64,000 nt of DNA from NCBI RefSeq assembly GCF_009914755.1, contig NC_060928.1; one strand, 5' to 3'. This DNA comes from the human T2T-CHM13v2.0 reference genome, Homo sapiens. This document shows, piece by piece, positions 27,531-42,621 of this stretch. Position 1 is the first letter of the stretch. The number at the start of each line of letters is the position of its first letter. The notes under the pieces are model-generated. The model saw only the letters and a program-made list of their open reading frames with translations. It did no database searches and had not been told where the DNA came from. Position numbers and translations under genes: made by a program.

Positions 27531-28108
27531 TGAGACGAGAAGTCTTCTTCCGATAGAAGGTTTTTCTTGATCGAAGGGTTTGTGATCTCACGGGAGGAAT
27601 GAAGCTGTGGACCACAGTGGCGAGTGTTACCGCTCAGTTAGAGAAACACGCAGACCCAAAGAGTGTGCAGCGGCAAGATTTATTAAAGCGAAAGTGAAAG
27701 TAAAACAGAAGCAAAACTAAAGCTTCCATGTGGTGAAAGGGGACCCTGAAGGGTTGCTGTTTCTGGTTGGGTGTCTTATGCTTATAGCCCCTTATGACCC
27801 CTCCCCATTTCCTTTTTCTGCCCTATAGAATTAGCTTATTTTCTATCCACTTGTGGGCTAGCGGGCTTGATTGGTTAAAAACATCAGGCTGTAGCTAGAG
27901 CTTAAACTCCCTATATGATTGGTTGAAGTTTCAATCCCTTAGCTTGCAGCTATGACTCATTTGGGCTTAGGGGAAAGTCCACTTTGATTGGTTGAAGTTT
28001 CAATCCCTTAGCTTGCAGCTATGACCCATTTCGGCTTAGGGGAAAGTCCCCTTAGGGAAGTCCCTATTGACCCAGGAAGTCCAGCCAACTTAGCCACTTA
28101 GTCCCTCA
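27531..28108 (-). mobile_element. ERV1 solo LTR, LTR12/ERV9-related R-U5 (exact family not assigned)
   Basis: TG..CA termini with GACC/GCCC flanks; GAATGAAGCTGTGGACC, GAGTGTTAC, GACCCAAAGAGTG.GCAGC.GCAAGATTTATT and AAAGCTTCCA..AAGGGGACCC are LTR12-like; polyA signal (TTTATT 27679-27684), TATA-like motif (27781-27786) and three CCAAT boxes on the - strand. Confidence 0.85.
27690..28064. promoter_or_regulatory. Candidate IRF/NF-kB/AP-1/NF-Y motif cluster inside the LTR
   Basis: GAAAGTGAAAGT 27690-27701; ATTGG at 27870, 27918 and 27987; TGACTCA 27953-27959; GGAAAGTCCC 28041-28050; GGGAAGTCCC 28055-28064. Function untested. Confidence 0.45.
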
Positions 28109-28815
28109 GCCCTGGCTTGTGGAAGCAGAGATTCCTAATACGGCCCTCACTTCTCCACTTTCTCCACTGGGGTTGGAAGCAGTAGGAGTAGTTATAGAGG
28201 ATGTATTAACACCAATTTACAGAGATCCTATTGAATTTACATCTCTCCAGCAGGTGTGATGCAAGGAAAACAAAGCTAATACCCAAAGTCTTTGGTAAGG
28301 ACTAGCTCCAGGCACTGCATGATGTGGATATTTAAAGAATTGCTGACCCCAAAATCCTGGTATTAACCCAAGAAATCCTGGCGTAACCCAAGAAAATATC
28401 TTGGGTGCCATGGAGGACGAATAATGGAGTTTAGGGCTAAGTCCATTAGAAAGAAGCTCTATGTGAGCTGAGTCCCTGGTATCAGGGTATCAGATTGGAA
28501 CAGGATAATAAAGTAACCTTAATACTGGAAGAGCAAGAATTCTTACAGTTGAGAACCGTTACTTGACTGGTACCTCCAGCCCACCAGCAGGCAATGATGG
28601 CATCAGACTAGAGGATCACCAGTAAATCATTGTAAACAGTGAGCAGACTTTCCAATGTTCTCTACTAGTGATAGGAGCCAACACAGAAACTTTGTCTCAA
28701 GAGGTCCGAGATTTATGAAGTTGTCAAACTAAAAAGACCTCTCTCAGAAAAGAAAAACTGTTTTTGCAATTGCATTTTGTAATTTAGGAGCCAATGTCAT
28801 ACAAATTGCCTATTA

Positions 28816-29196
<381 letters not shown>

Positions 29197-29789
29197 CTAA
29201 AGAAACTCACATACACACACACTTACCCAAAACTATCTTAGCGTTTCCAAGGTCCCATCTGCAAGTCTATCTTTATTTATAGCAGACATCATGGATACAG
29301 AAGGGCTTGGTTCAGAGGTGTCTTCGTAAGCCTACTTTGTTTAGTTTTTCTTTCCCAACTGCAGCCAAGGTGTTCATAAGCAGAAGGTCTCTCCGTTACT
29401 GTCCAAGATGTGTCTTTTTACTTTTCTGGAACATGAGAGATGCTGAGTCAATGCTTTGCTTTCTACTAGCTGAGAACCTCAACTGGGCTTTCCTGGGGCT
29501 CATTTTGTCCCCCAGTAGCTGATGTCAGTACAGCAACATTGGGGCTGCCACTTCCACCTCACCTCAGGATTCCCTAGTTGCTTAAACCATGTATATACAG
29601 AAGGTCTCACAGCCCATAAGGCTGAACAAACGCCACATTTACATGCTTGATTTAAAATCCTGAAAGATAAAGCTTTTAGACACTGGCTAATAATAAATAA
29701 TAAACCAATTAATTTGTTAACTTAGACTTCATAGAAGTAGAGGTCCAAGTACCAGCATGAAACTGAGAAGATGCACCTCCTTCCTGGAA

Positions 29790-29975
29790 ATGGTCAAGTC
29801 CCATTTTCTAGATGAAACTCTGCCACTTAATAATTGTACTTCTTTTAGACAGTTACTCTCATTTTTTTTCTGTAAAATTAGAATAGTAATAGGAGTATTA
29901 CTCAACCCTACAATATTTCTTAGAATTGTTATGAAGATTAAACCAATTGATACATATAAAGTGCTGATCACAGTG
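29790..29975 (+). mobile_element. MIR SINE
   Basis: ACTCTGCCACTTAATAATTGT..TTCTGTAAAATTAGAATAGTAATAG..TTGTTATGAAGATTAAA. Confidence 0.7.
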
Positions 29976-31337
29976 AGAACCTATGACATTGATGAAGAGA
30001 GGCTAAGGGACCTGCCCGAAAACCCACAATGCCTATCTGTGTGGGCAAATGGAAGGGAAGGCCCACGTGGATGCATGACTTCTTGTCTCCCACTGAGAAC
30101 CAGGTCCCTTTAGCTAGCCTGGCTCACAGGTGGGAATGGTTCAAATGATGAGAAAGAGAAGTTAAAACCCAAGCAAAGAGACCTGGCTCCATCAATTTTC
30201 TTCCTTTCACTCCCCTTACAAGAATAAATATAGTGCCTGAAGCCACTGCAGTGACACAGAGGTCTCTTTATTTTAAAGTTGACAAAAGGGAAAAGATCCT
30301 TTTCTGAATTTTGCTTATTGGTCAAAATAAAAATAACCCGGTTCTGCCACGGCTAAATTTGGATGACTTTTTCTATCCTGCCTCTCTCCCTGGTATATCC
30401 CAGTTTACTTATCCATCCTTCAGCTCCTTCTTCAATTCCATGGAGACTTACACTTTCACTTTAAAACTGAACTTTGACATTATTTGGAAGCAGAATCAGA
30501 GCTGATGTGAGCACTGTCAAACATAGGAGAGAGGATGAACAGTTAACAGAGTTGGGCAGGGTTCTGGGACCCTTGCCAAGTCCCTAGCCTAGTATTTGGC
30601 ACATTAAAGATACCTGGAAAAAAAATTAGCTGCCTTCTTTAGTAAGTTTGCTTAAGAATCTTTAATCTGATTTTTCTATCATCAATGCACTCATAATGCA
30701 TAGGAAATGCCTTCACATAAATAAGTAATGGGCAATTAGAAGGGAGAGACCACTGCCACACTAATAAGGCACTTTAATACAAATAAGGTAAAAAAAAAAA
30801 AAAACCTGCTAAGGTTCACGCAGCACCGTGCCAGGGCCTATGGCTTAGGTTGCATAACATAAGCTTCATTTCAGATCCCACTTGCTCCTTTAACCCCAGA
30901 CACCTTTGTGCAGAGAAAACAAAACAAAACAAAAAACATCACTTTACCCATCAGTGCTGGTGCTCAGTAAATGTCTCCATATGATACACTTCCTCACTGA
31001 CCTTTTTAATCCAATTTTGTTTATGTGACAAGTGGTTAGTAACAAGAATCTCAATGAACTCTTGAGTGGGATGGGGCCACAATTTTATAACTACAATTAC
31101 AAGGTCAGGTAGCTACAGCAAAAACATAATAGAGTGCAGGGAACAGAAAAATCATGGTTCATTTTCTCTGAACATCTACTGGCATGGTTGTTAAGGGCTT
31201 TCTATGTACTGTCACATTTAATATTCACAAGAATCTGTCAGGTACATTTCCATCTTACAAGTGAGAAAACATTAAATGAGAGAAGTTTGTTAACTGGAAA
31301 TTGCTGAAGCAAAGATGTGACCCCACTTCAGTCTAAC

Positions 31338-31844
31338 TATTATTTCCCAAAGTACTAGACTGATAGAATATGAAATATTTTAGGTTTGACTTGACACTCA
31401 GGTACAACAATAAGCACCATGGATTCACCTGATAAACTGTAATTCTCTTTCCATTTTTTTCTCAATAGTTCTTGAATATGAGTCAGTCTGGTATGAACAT
31501 ACCTCTAACAGCCTCACATACACACTTGCTGATCTCCCCCTTACAAGCAACAGAAAACAGGTCTTGACCCAGAGCCTTCAACAAACAGTATCTAGATAAA
31601 TCATCACAATTTTACTCACAGTTGTTATCTTCTATTTATGCCAAATGATAACAGTTTTCCACTTTCCACCTATGATGCAAAGTTTCCATTTTAAATAAAA
31701 TCAAGTTATAAAGAAAAAATATTGAGGAAATAACAATATGATATGTTCAGCATGGTAGAAATGATTAGAGTGGTAGTCAAAAGTGCTCAGATATGGAAAA
31801 TATCAGGTATATGTTAAGCCAACAACTAAGAATTGGGAAATAGT
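31338..31844. mobile_element. Probable old hAT-Charlie non-autonomous DNA transposon
   Basis: Inverted termini TATTTCCCAA (about 31341) and TTGGGAAATA (about 31833) about 500 bp apart. Confidence 0.4.
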
Positions 31845-31869
31845 ACCTTATACCACTAGCCATTTGCAC

Positions 31870-32090
31870 AGGCCTTGGTGTCAAGAAATATACAAGCTTA
31901 TATCCCAGTTTTGCTGGTTACTAGCTGTGTGACCTTGGAAAATCATTCAGTCTCTCAGCCTCAGTTTTCTCTTCCAAAAATAGTTTATAGTAATGACTTT
32001 CAAGGTATCTTTATGATAGGTAAGTGAAATAATTTTGGTTACTACACCTTAACTGCTTGGTACATAGTAGGTGCTCAATAAATATTAGTC
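31870..32090 (+). mobile_element. MIR SINE
   Basis: TTACTAGCTGTGTGACCTTGGAAAAT..GCCTCAGTTTTCTC..ACATAGTAGGTGCTCAATAAAT. Confidence 0.85.
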
Positions 32091-33001
32091 TCTTCTACTC
32101 TCTCCCTTCTTCCTAGTTAACAGAGTTGGTAGAAGAAGGATTAATTCTCATTGTCTTACCAAGAACTCTTTTTTAACTTTTTTCTTTTTTAAAATTTTTT
32201 ATTAAAAATTGAGTAAAGTATTTATAAATATATATTTGGCAGAAAGCAAAACAAGTCAACTAACAAAAAATTCATCTATGCCATTACTTTTGTAGTTCTT
32301 ACATGTCCCTTTCTTTCCCCTTCCCACTAAGAGCAAACCAGTGTTCTAAGTTTTGGGTTTCCTTTTCCTTGTTGTCTTTATAGTTTTATGGTCCCTGATG
32401 GCCATTTGAAAGCATCACCTTCCTGATGACTCCTCTTAGCACTATTACATCACAGAATAATGACCCAGAACCATAGTAGTGGCCTTGAATTTTCGTTAAG
32501 CTTTGTGTTTGGGCTTACAGCAATTTGAGTTTAATTCTAAATAATATACCTTTCTCATTTTCCAAAACAATATCATAAAACACAGAATGTGGCTTAAAAA
32601 TTTATACAGCATCGGTAACTTGCATATGGAAAGTGTCCTAGGTAGAATCAGAGTCTCACAATTAGAGTGGGGAGGTTCTGATTCACACGGTCATTCAGGG
32701 AGCAAGTGTATACCCATATTTCTGTTGCATTCCCATCCCCTAGGACATTTTTCTTGTCTGTATGATCAAAGTTGGGTCCTGGACACAACCATATAATATC
32801 TTGCAGAGCGTGGAAAGAGAGAAAGTCCACTTTAAGCGATGGAAAATCAGCCCCAATTCTGAAGGAACAACCATGAACAGATGATTTAAGGAGAATCAAT
32901 TCTTTGCTCTTTGCAGAAGGAGCCAACAGAGTGAGATGAAGGGGACAACTTCAGATACTCAGGCAGAAGGTAGGCTACAGTGATGTAAGTCCAGCATCTT
33001 T

Positions 33002-33252
33002 ATTTATTTTTATTTATTTTTTCATTTTTTAATTTCCATAGGTTTTGAGGAATGGTAATATTTGGTTACATGAGTAAACTCTTTAGTGGTGAGTTGTAAG
33101 ATTTTGGTGCACCTATAACCTGAGCAGTACACTGAACCCAATTTGTAGTCTTTTATCCCTCACCGCCTTCCCATCCTTTCCCCTAGAGTCCCAAAGTCTA
33201 TTGTATCATTCTTATGCCTTTGCATCCTCATAGCTTAGCTCCCAGTTATGGG
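33002..33252 (-). mobile_element. L1PB1-like 3' end, heavily 5'-truncated
   Basis: TTTGGTTACATGAGTAAACTCTTTAGTGGTG..TTATGCCTTTGCATCCTCATAGCTTAGCTCCC; TSD AA(G/A)TCCAGCA(T/A)CTTT at 32987-33001 and 33253-33267. Confidence 0.88.
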
Positions 33253-33879
33253 AAATCCAGCAACTTTAAATGATGCCTTGAGACCATATTCTCCTGTGCT
33301 TCCCCTGTGAACAAGTAATGATGGATCTAGTAGTTACTACCATGATGTAATGCATGACAGTCCACCACAATCATGTTTCCTAGCCATGCATAACTACAGG
33401 AAAAATGACAGATAAGTAAATATACCAATCTAGGCCTAAGGATAAGCATTTGGTTCTACTATTGCCTTTTCGTCCACCTGACCCAATTAGGCGGCTTCAT
33501 ATTTTTTAAAAGTTCAGTGTCTATCTGTAAGTCCCATGAATATATGATCCTAGAATTTAGAAATTGTTTTATAATTTATATTTAATTTACATGGATTAGA
33601 ATGTTATTAACTACCCTTGGTGCTCATGAAGCATCTTTTCCCCTAATATATCTTCCGCAGTGCAACTTAATAGTGAGTCCCCATAGATAGAAAAATCTAT
33701 TTGAAGAAAATATTTTAGCAGTTTCTCTCATGAACAGTTTTTTGTTTGTTTGTTTTTTTTTGCCTCCAGCTTCAGTAAAACAAGTTGTAAATAACTTTAT
33801 AGGCAAAACTTTGGTCCCTGGTTAATCATGAGATTTTTTTTTCTTTGAAGGCTAGTAATGATATTGATGAGGAAGAGCA

Positions 33880-34190
33880 GCTCGCTCTACAAAGTTATTT
33901 AGGGGCCCAGATGTGTTCCATCTTGCTCTGCCATGCCCTCCTGTGCTATAACTCTTCTATTTATATGGTAGTCCTTACACACATGGTTGCAGCTGTATTG
34001 TCAACACGACATATATACCTGAGAGGGGAGAAAAAATTCCATGGCAAGCATTTATCTTTTGAGACACTGCAATTTGAGACAGTTACAGTGATATTACATA
34101 CATTACTCCCATTGTTCAGAACTAGTAACATCAGCTTGCCAGCTACAAAGGAGAGAGGAAAATGTAGTCTCTAGTTTCTCATTCAAGGCC
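33880..34190 (-). mobile_element. Old MaLR LTR fragment (MLT1 J/K/L group)
   Basis: CCCATTGTTCAGAACTAGTAACAT..GCTACAAAGGAGAGAGGAAAATGTAGTCT. Confidence 0.55.
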
Positions 34191-35680
34191 TAGGTAAAAT
34201 GCTATTAAGATGGAAAAGGAAAATAAAATGGGAAAAGACTACAAAGTCTACCGCATGCAATAAACGAGTATACAATTAAATACATAGTATGGCAGATAAT
34301 GAACAGTACTATGGAAACTGTCTATATATACATATGTATATATATATGAAAACGAGTGAGAGGTTAATATCATTTATTTTAAATAAGGTGTTCAGGAAAA
34401 TGCCTTCTGGACATGTTAGTAAAATGATGGCAGAAGGACCTCCCAAAACGATCTCTTCCACAAAAGTAATGAGAAAATTGACCAAAAAAAAAAAAAGGTC
34501 AGAATCATTTCTTCAAAATACTGGAAAAAATAACAAAAATCTTGAAGTAACACAGGGAGGATTTATTCAAGAAAAATAAATGATCTCAGCAAGAACAGTG
34601 AGTGTCCTAATCTTATCTCCTGCTCTACAGCTCTGCAGTACCATTGAGAAAAAACAGCCCACATTTCCACTGTAGCCCAGAAGCCATCAAAGGGAGTACA
34701 AAGGAGCTGCAACTTTTTAAAAAGCTTCATTCCAAAATAATTGTCATTATCTGAGCAGTCTGGTGGTTCTCTGAAATATATCAGTTACAAGGCCACCTGT
34801 ACTTGGCCTGTTTAGGAGCTCACCTAGTGCAAAAATTATTTTCCCTGAAGAATATTTATCAAAAACAATTACTGGAAAGTGTTTTAACTTTGTGGTTGTC
34901 TTAGGCAGTGGATAACAGGAGAAACAGTGACTAAAAATTTAAAAGGAAAAGCTGAGAAATGACATGTCAATACAGTCTTTGAAAAAATCTCCAACATAAT
35001 TTTTGTTATTTAGAAAGTCATATAGGATTGTGCACATTCTCAGGGGTGTGGTAATGCTCAGAAAATCCTTAAGAAGTCCCATATTACCACCTCTGGCTGA
35101 CCATAGGGACCTGTGCAATGAGAAAGTGAGAGCTAAGGCAGAGTTGTCAATTGCCTAACTGAATGTTGAGGGCCTGCTTTGCAACAAGCACACAAAGCCC
35201 CTCAGCAAAAGCTGGAAGATGTATTGGTTCCAGACTTTTAAGGAAATTATCCAATCATTAGCTGAGCACTAAGGTAATAGAGTAATCTAAAAGACCACAT
35301 GTGACAATAAATATGGACTTTACCAAATTAACTCAGAAAATTACTAAACAAACATACAAGACTACTACAGCAAACAGCAGCATCAAATCCTGGAGAAGGG
35401 GGAGAATTTTATTTCTAGAATTGTCATATTAGATTATTTTAAATGTCCAGTTTCAAACAAAAGATTATGAGATGGAAATACCTAAGAAAGTGTGACCCAT
35501 GCATAAGAAAAAAAGCAATAGCAACTATTCCCAAGGAAGCCCAAAAGTTGACTTACTAGATAAATATTTTTCTACCAGCTATATGAAATATGTTCAAAGA
35601 CCTCAAGGACATGATAGCTAAAGAACTAAAAAAAGGTATGAAAACAATGACTTAACAAATATGGAATATCAATAGAGATA

Positions 35681-36995
<1,315 letters not shown>

Positions 36996-38685
36996 TATAT
37001 ATATTCTGGAATTGAAAATAAAACTAAAATAAAAATTTACTAGAGTGGTTCAACAGCAAATTTGAGAGGGCAGAAGAAAGTATCAGCAAATATAGAGATA
37101 AGTGGATTGAAATGATTCAGTCTCAGAAAGATAAAGAACAATAATAACAAATTAGCAGTCTTAGAGAGCTGTTACAGATAACATCACCTGTACCAATATA
37201 TGCATTATGGGAGTCCAGGAGGGGAGGAAAGAAAAAAGGGACAGAAAGAAAACTTGAAAAAAAGGACAGGAAACATAACAAATTTTATTTCAAAAGTTAC
37301 ATTAATCTATACATCAAAGAAGCTCAATGAACTCCAGATAGTTTAAACTCAATAAGGATTATAATCAGATGAGTCATTAACTGTCAAAGACAAAGAAAGA
37401 AAGAATCTTCAAAGCAGCCAGAAAAAAGTGATACATCATGTAAAAGGAATCCTCACTAAGATAAACAGCAAGTGTATAATTAGAAACTACTGAGGCCAGG
37501 GACAATGGAATGACATATTCAAGTTGCTAAAAGAAAAACAAAAATTTCACTCAATAATTCTAAATCCAGCAAAATTATCTTCCAAAAATTAAAACGAAAT
37601 TAAGATATCGCCAAACAAAAACTGAGATCGTTGTCACTGACAAAACAGCTTTATGAGAAATGTTAAATGTAGTACTTCAGACTGACCTGAAAAGACACTA
37701 GACAGTAACATGAATCTACATGAAGAAATAAAAGATACTGGTAAAAGTAATTATACAGGTAGATGTAAAAGAGAGTATAAATGTATTTGAAATTTGTGAT
37801 TACTCTTTTCTTCGTATCTGATTTAAAAGACAACTACATAAAGCAATAATTATATATGTGTGTTCATTTATATTACATACAATGTACAAAGACGTAATAT
37901 GAGTGACAATGATAGCACAAAGGAGAGCAAAAGAAGTGGTGCAATATTGGAGCAAAGTTTTTGTACACTATGGAAATTAATTGGCATAAATCTGAAATAG
38001 ACTCTTGTAAATAATAATGTTAATCATAATTATCAGGGAACAATTAAGAAAATAACATAGTAAAAGGAATGGTAAAGGAATTACATGGTACACTAGAAAA
38101 TATCTATTTAGCCCAAAGAAAGCAGGAATGGAATAATAGAGGAATGAAAAGACATTGAAAACAACTAGAAACATGACAGACATAAATCCTACCTTATCAG
38201 TGATTATAGTAAATTTGAAGGGATTAAACATTTCAATCAAAAAGGAAGCAATTAGTAGAATGGATAAAATGCTATGCTGTGACTATATTCCCTCTACAGA
38301 AGATACACTTTCTGTTAAAAGACACAATTGATTGAAACTAAACGGATGGAAAAAGACATACCATGTATACAGCAACCAAAGTGCTATAGTAACTTTCCTG
38401 ATAGAAGACAAAATATACTTTGGAGGAAAACTATTACTAGAGACAAAAAGTACAATTTATAATGCTGAACAGGTCAGTCCATCAAGGAGATATAATTATA
38501 AAACTGTATGTCCCTAACAACAGAGACCCAAAATACATGAAGCAGAACTAGAAGAAGAAATAGACAATTCAACAATAATAGTTGGAGATTTCAGCACCTG
38601 ACTTTCCATGATGAATAAAATAAGAAGATAGAAGATTAGCAAGGAAATAGAATATACAAATATGAACTCAAGATAGGTAAGAGAT

Positions 38686-39088
<403 letters not shown>

Positions 39089-39107
39089 CTAAAGCATAAG
39101 CAACCAG

Positions 39108-39139
<32 letters not shown>

Positions 39140-42041
39140 TACTGCACTTCATTGAATTAAAAACATTTGTGCATCAAAGGACACTTTCAATAAAATTTAA
39201 AGACAACGTACAGAATAGCCTACCTTACTTACAAGCCATGCATTTGATAAGATTTTAGATCCAGAACATATTTTTAAAACTCTTAAAGTTCAATAATAAA
39301 AAGACAACTCAGTGAGAAAAAAATGGGTCAAGTATTTGAATAGCTATTACTACACAGGAGATATATAAAGTTCATAAAACACATGAAAAGATTATCTAAA
39401 TAATTAGTTATTAGGTAAATGCAACCAAACCATAATGAGATACCCTTTCACACCAACTAAGATAGCTATAACAAAAAAGATGAACAATAACAAGTGTTGG
39501 CAAAGATGTGGAGAAATTGGAAACATACATTGTCAATATAAAATAGTGCAGCTACTTTGGTGAACATTTTGAAGGTTCGTCAAAAAGTTAAACATAAATT
39601 TACTATATGACCCAGCCATGCCACTTTTAGGCACATACAAAAGAAATGAAAACATATATTCACTCAAAAACTTGAACACAAATGTTAATAAGAGAATTAT
39701 TCATACCATCTAAAAAGGTGGGAGCAACCTAAATGCCTATCAACTAATGAATGGATACACAAAGTATAGTATAACCACACAATGAAATATTATTCAGACA
39801 TAAAAGGGAATAAAGTTCTGATACATGCTACAACATGAATGAACTTTGAAAACATTATGTCAAGTGAAAAAAAGCCAGACATAAAATCATACACATATTG
39901 TACAATTCTACTTGCACAAAAGGTCAAGAATATGCAAACTCTCAGAGACAGAAAGCTTAGTGGTGGCCAGGAGCCGGCAGGTGGCTGGGGAAGAGAAGAG
40001 ATTGAGGAGTGACTGATCTATGAGGATAGGGCTTCTTTGGGAAGGTTACAAAAATGTTCTAGAATTAGTGGTAATGGTTTCATAAGATTTTAATATACTG
40101 AAACACACTGAATTGTATAATTTTAAATGGCGAAGTTTATTATATGTGAATTATATTTCAATACAATAAAAGAAGGGTAGAAAAGAAATCCTTTTTTAGA
40201 AAGCAGCATTTGGAGAGAAATTTGAAGAAAGATAAGGAGTAATCTACCAGATATCCAGGAGAAAAAGAACACCAAATGATATTCAACAACAGTTTATTCA
40301 AAAGTTTAATAATTAATATTCCTCTTTTGATTTTTAAGTCTTTGTTACTGTCATGGAACAGTTTAATGTAGTCATATTTTGCGGAAAGAATGAGGAGAGT
40401 AAATAAAAAGGTAGGAGACTTAGAAAGAGGAGATTTAATTTTTGAATCATGTAAAAAGGAAAGTGGGAATTTTTGAAAATATAAGAAAAATTAGAGTAAA
40501 CTTAAAAGAGCTGCAACGAGGAAAAAATATGAGAAGCATTGATATAGTGATAACAAAATTAAGCACTAAAATCAGGCAGATACGGATTATATCTCACCTC
40601 TACATCAGCTAGCCCTTTCGCTAGAAAAGTTTCCTTACTCTGTGTTCTTCAGTTTCCCATGACCTATACAGAAAACTGAGGAATAATTTCAAGAAAATAA
40701 TATGGGAATAAGGTGAGAAAAATAACTACCTTACTGGCTTGCTGTGAGAGATGAGCAAGATGACTTAAGTAACCCACTGAATTTGACACCTGGTAGATTC
40801 TCAATATATAATAATTATTCACAATAATCATCTGAATGGACGCTACATGAGTTCTGAGGGGTCTTAAGTTTTAAGAAGTAAAATTATCTATTTAGATATG
40901 TGTTTTTAAAATTTGTAAGATATATGGAACATATTCAAAAAGACTTCACATTTTAATTATTTAAATATTAATTTAATTTTGGACATTTTAATTTTAATAT
41001 AACAGCATAGAAGACTAATGCAGAGGCTTTGCCTATATTTTTAAGGTGATAATTGGTTACAAATTGACCTTTGTTGGAGAGATAAAAATGTATTTGGAGA
41101 CTAAATTAAAAAAAATGCTTTCCACATGAACTCAATATTTTTAGAAAACAAGCATGTTATCCTTAAAACTATTTTGAGAATAACACTGTGGTGAAAAATG
41201 CTACCAAAAAAATTACTTTGCTAATTAAAGCCTATGAAACCAAATAACTGTTTTTAGACATTGATTTTGCTGGTTCGCATCCTAAAGAGAAGTACTTCTC
41301 ATGTTTCTTTCAAGTGAGATAAAGTTAGTGAAAAATCTGGCTAAGGGAGGATGAGAAGGAGTTTACGTATTTGAACATTTTTGCTGGCATATGCCAGAAT
41401 ATTTTTATAAACAATGCTAGGGAGATTGAAGTCTTCTGGGGATTAAAGGAAACCACGAAATAGAGAAAGAGCACATCAGGGAAAGGGGCCATGTCCGTCC
41501 TCTGAACAGTCTCCAGACAAAAGAACTTGGCCAGTTAACACCTTTGTTTCTCTTTTTCTAATTTTCTAAAATGAGAGGCTTTTACTTAATGGAATATGTA
41601 ATCCCTCTTGATTCTAATTTTGTATTGTTCTGTGCAATATTTTCTCTTCGAGAAAAAAAAAATGCCAAGGCTTAATTCAGACTTTTCCTCTTTAGGTATT
41701 ATTAAAGGTAGCTGTAAATTCCGGAGGTTGGGTCAAATTTGCCTTGGTGGATTATATGATGTTTCTCTCTTCAGTTTCTTTCTTTCTTTTCTTTTTTCTT
41801 TGCTGTTGTGATTCCTTCTGCCATTAAGAGAAGGCAACTAGAATTTCTGCTATAGGTCTCATTATACCTAATGCCAGAGGGATATTCAAAACACACAGCA
41901 ACCAGTACAGCAAAGGTATGAAACAGCAAAAGACATTGGCCATGTAGACATACATCAGCCCTACCAAAGCTAGAGGCAAAACCTGATTGATTTAGGTGAA
42001 GCTCAGAAACATTTGTGTATGTGTTGATGAACATATACGTA

Positions 42042-42491
42042 TATCAACCTAAATAAGAAGCATAGAGAGATTCTGTAAAAGAAAATGATATTTATTCAGA
42101 AATAAGGCATTGCAATGGGACTACACATGCCATTGCAAACTATGTGCATATTCAGGAAGGTAAGAGAAGACAAAAATTTTTAAAGGAAAAATGCAGGTGG
42201 GTTACATAATTGTTTTCAGATAATTTCCCTTGGCCACAAGGCTCAATAGCAAAGGAGACACCAGTCTGAGATTGGACAGGTAGTAGCTGGGCATATGTTC
42301 TTATGATAGTATTTTTTGTGTGAGGTTGCAATGACCTTTGTGCGAGGTAGTTTTTACCAAACCTTTTGTTATAGTTCTGATATCAGGCATACCAGGGTAA
42401 GAAACCCTTTCTTTACAGCCTTCCCTGGCTCTATTTGCCTTTTTTTTCTTTTTTCACAAGTGATTTCATTTTGATTCTGGTAACTCTTACA
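42042..42491 (-). mobile_element. ERV1 (MER4-group) solo LTR, MER93-like
   Basis: TATCAACCTAAATAA..AAAAGAAAATGATATTTATT..GCATTGCAATGGGA ... AGTGATTTCATTTTGATTCTGGTAACTCTTACA; flanks CGTA/CATA. Confidence 0.7.
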
Positions 42492-42621
42492 CATACATTT
42501 GATAAATTAGAATTGTATCAATTTCAAAACATATTTATTTTGTAAATGGAATTATTTTAATGTTTAAAATGCCCAAAGAGATAAATGAAGGAATAATATT
42601 CACTAAAACTGAACAGAAGTT

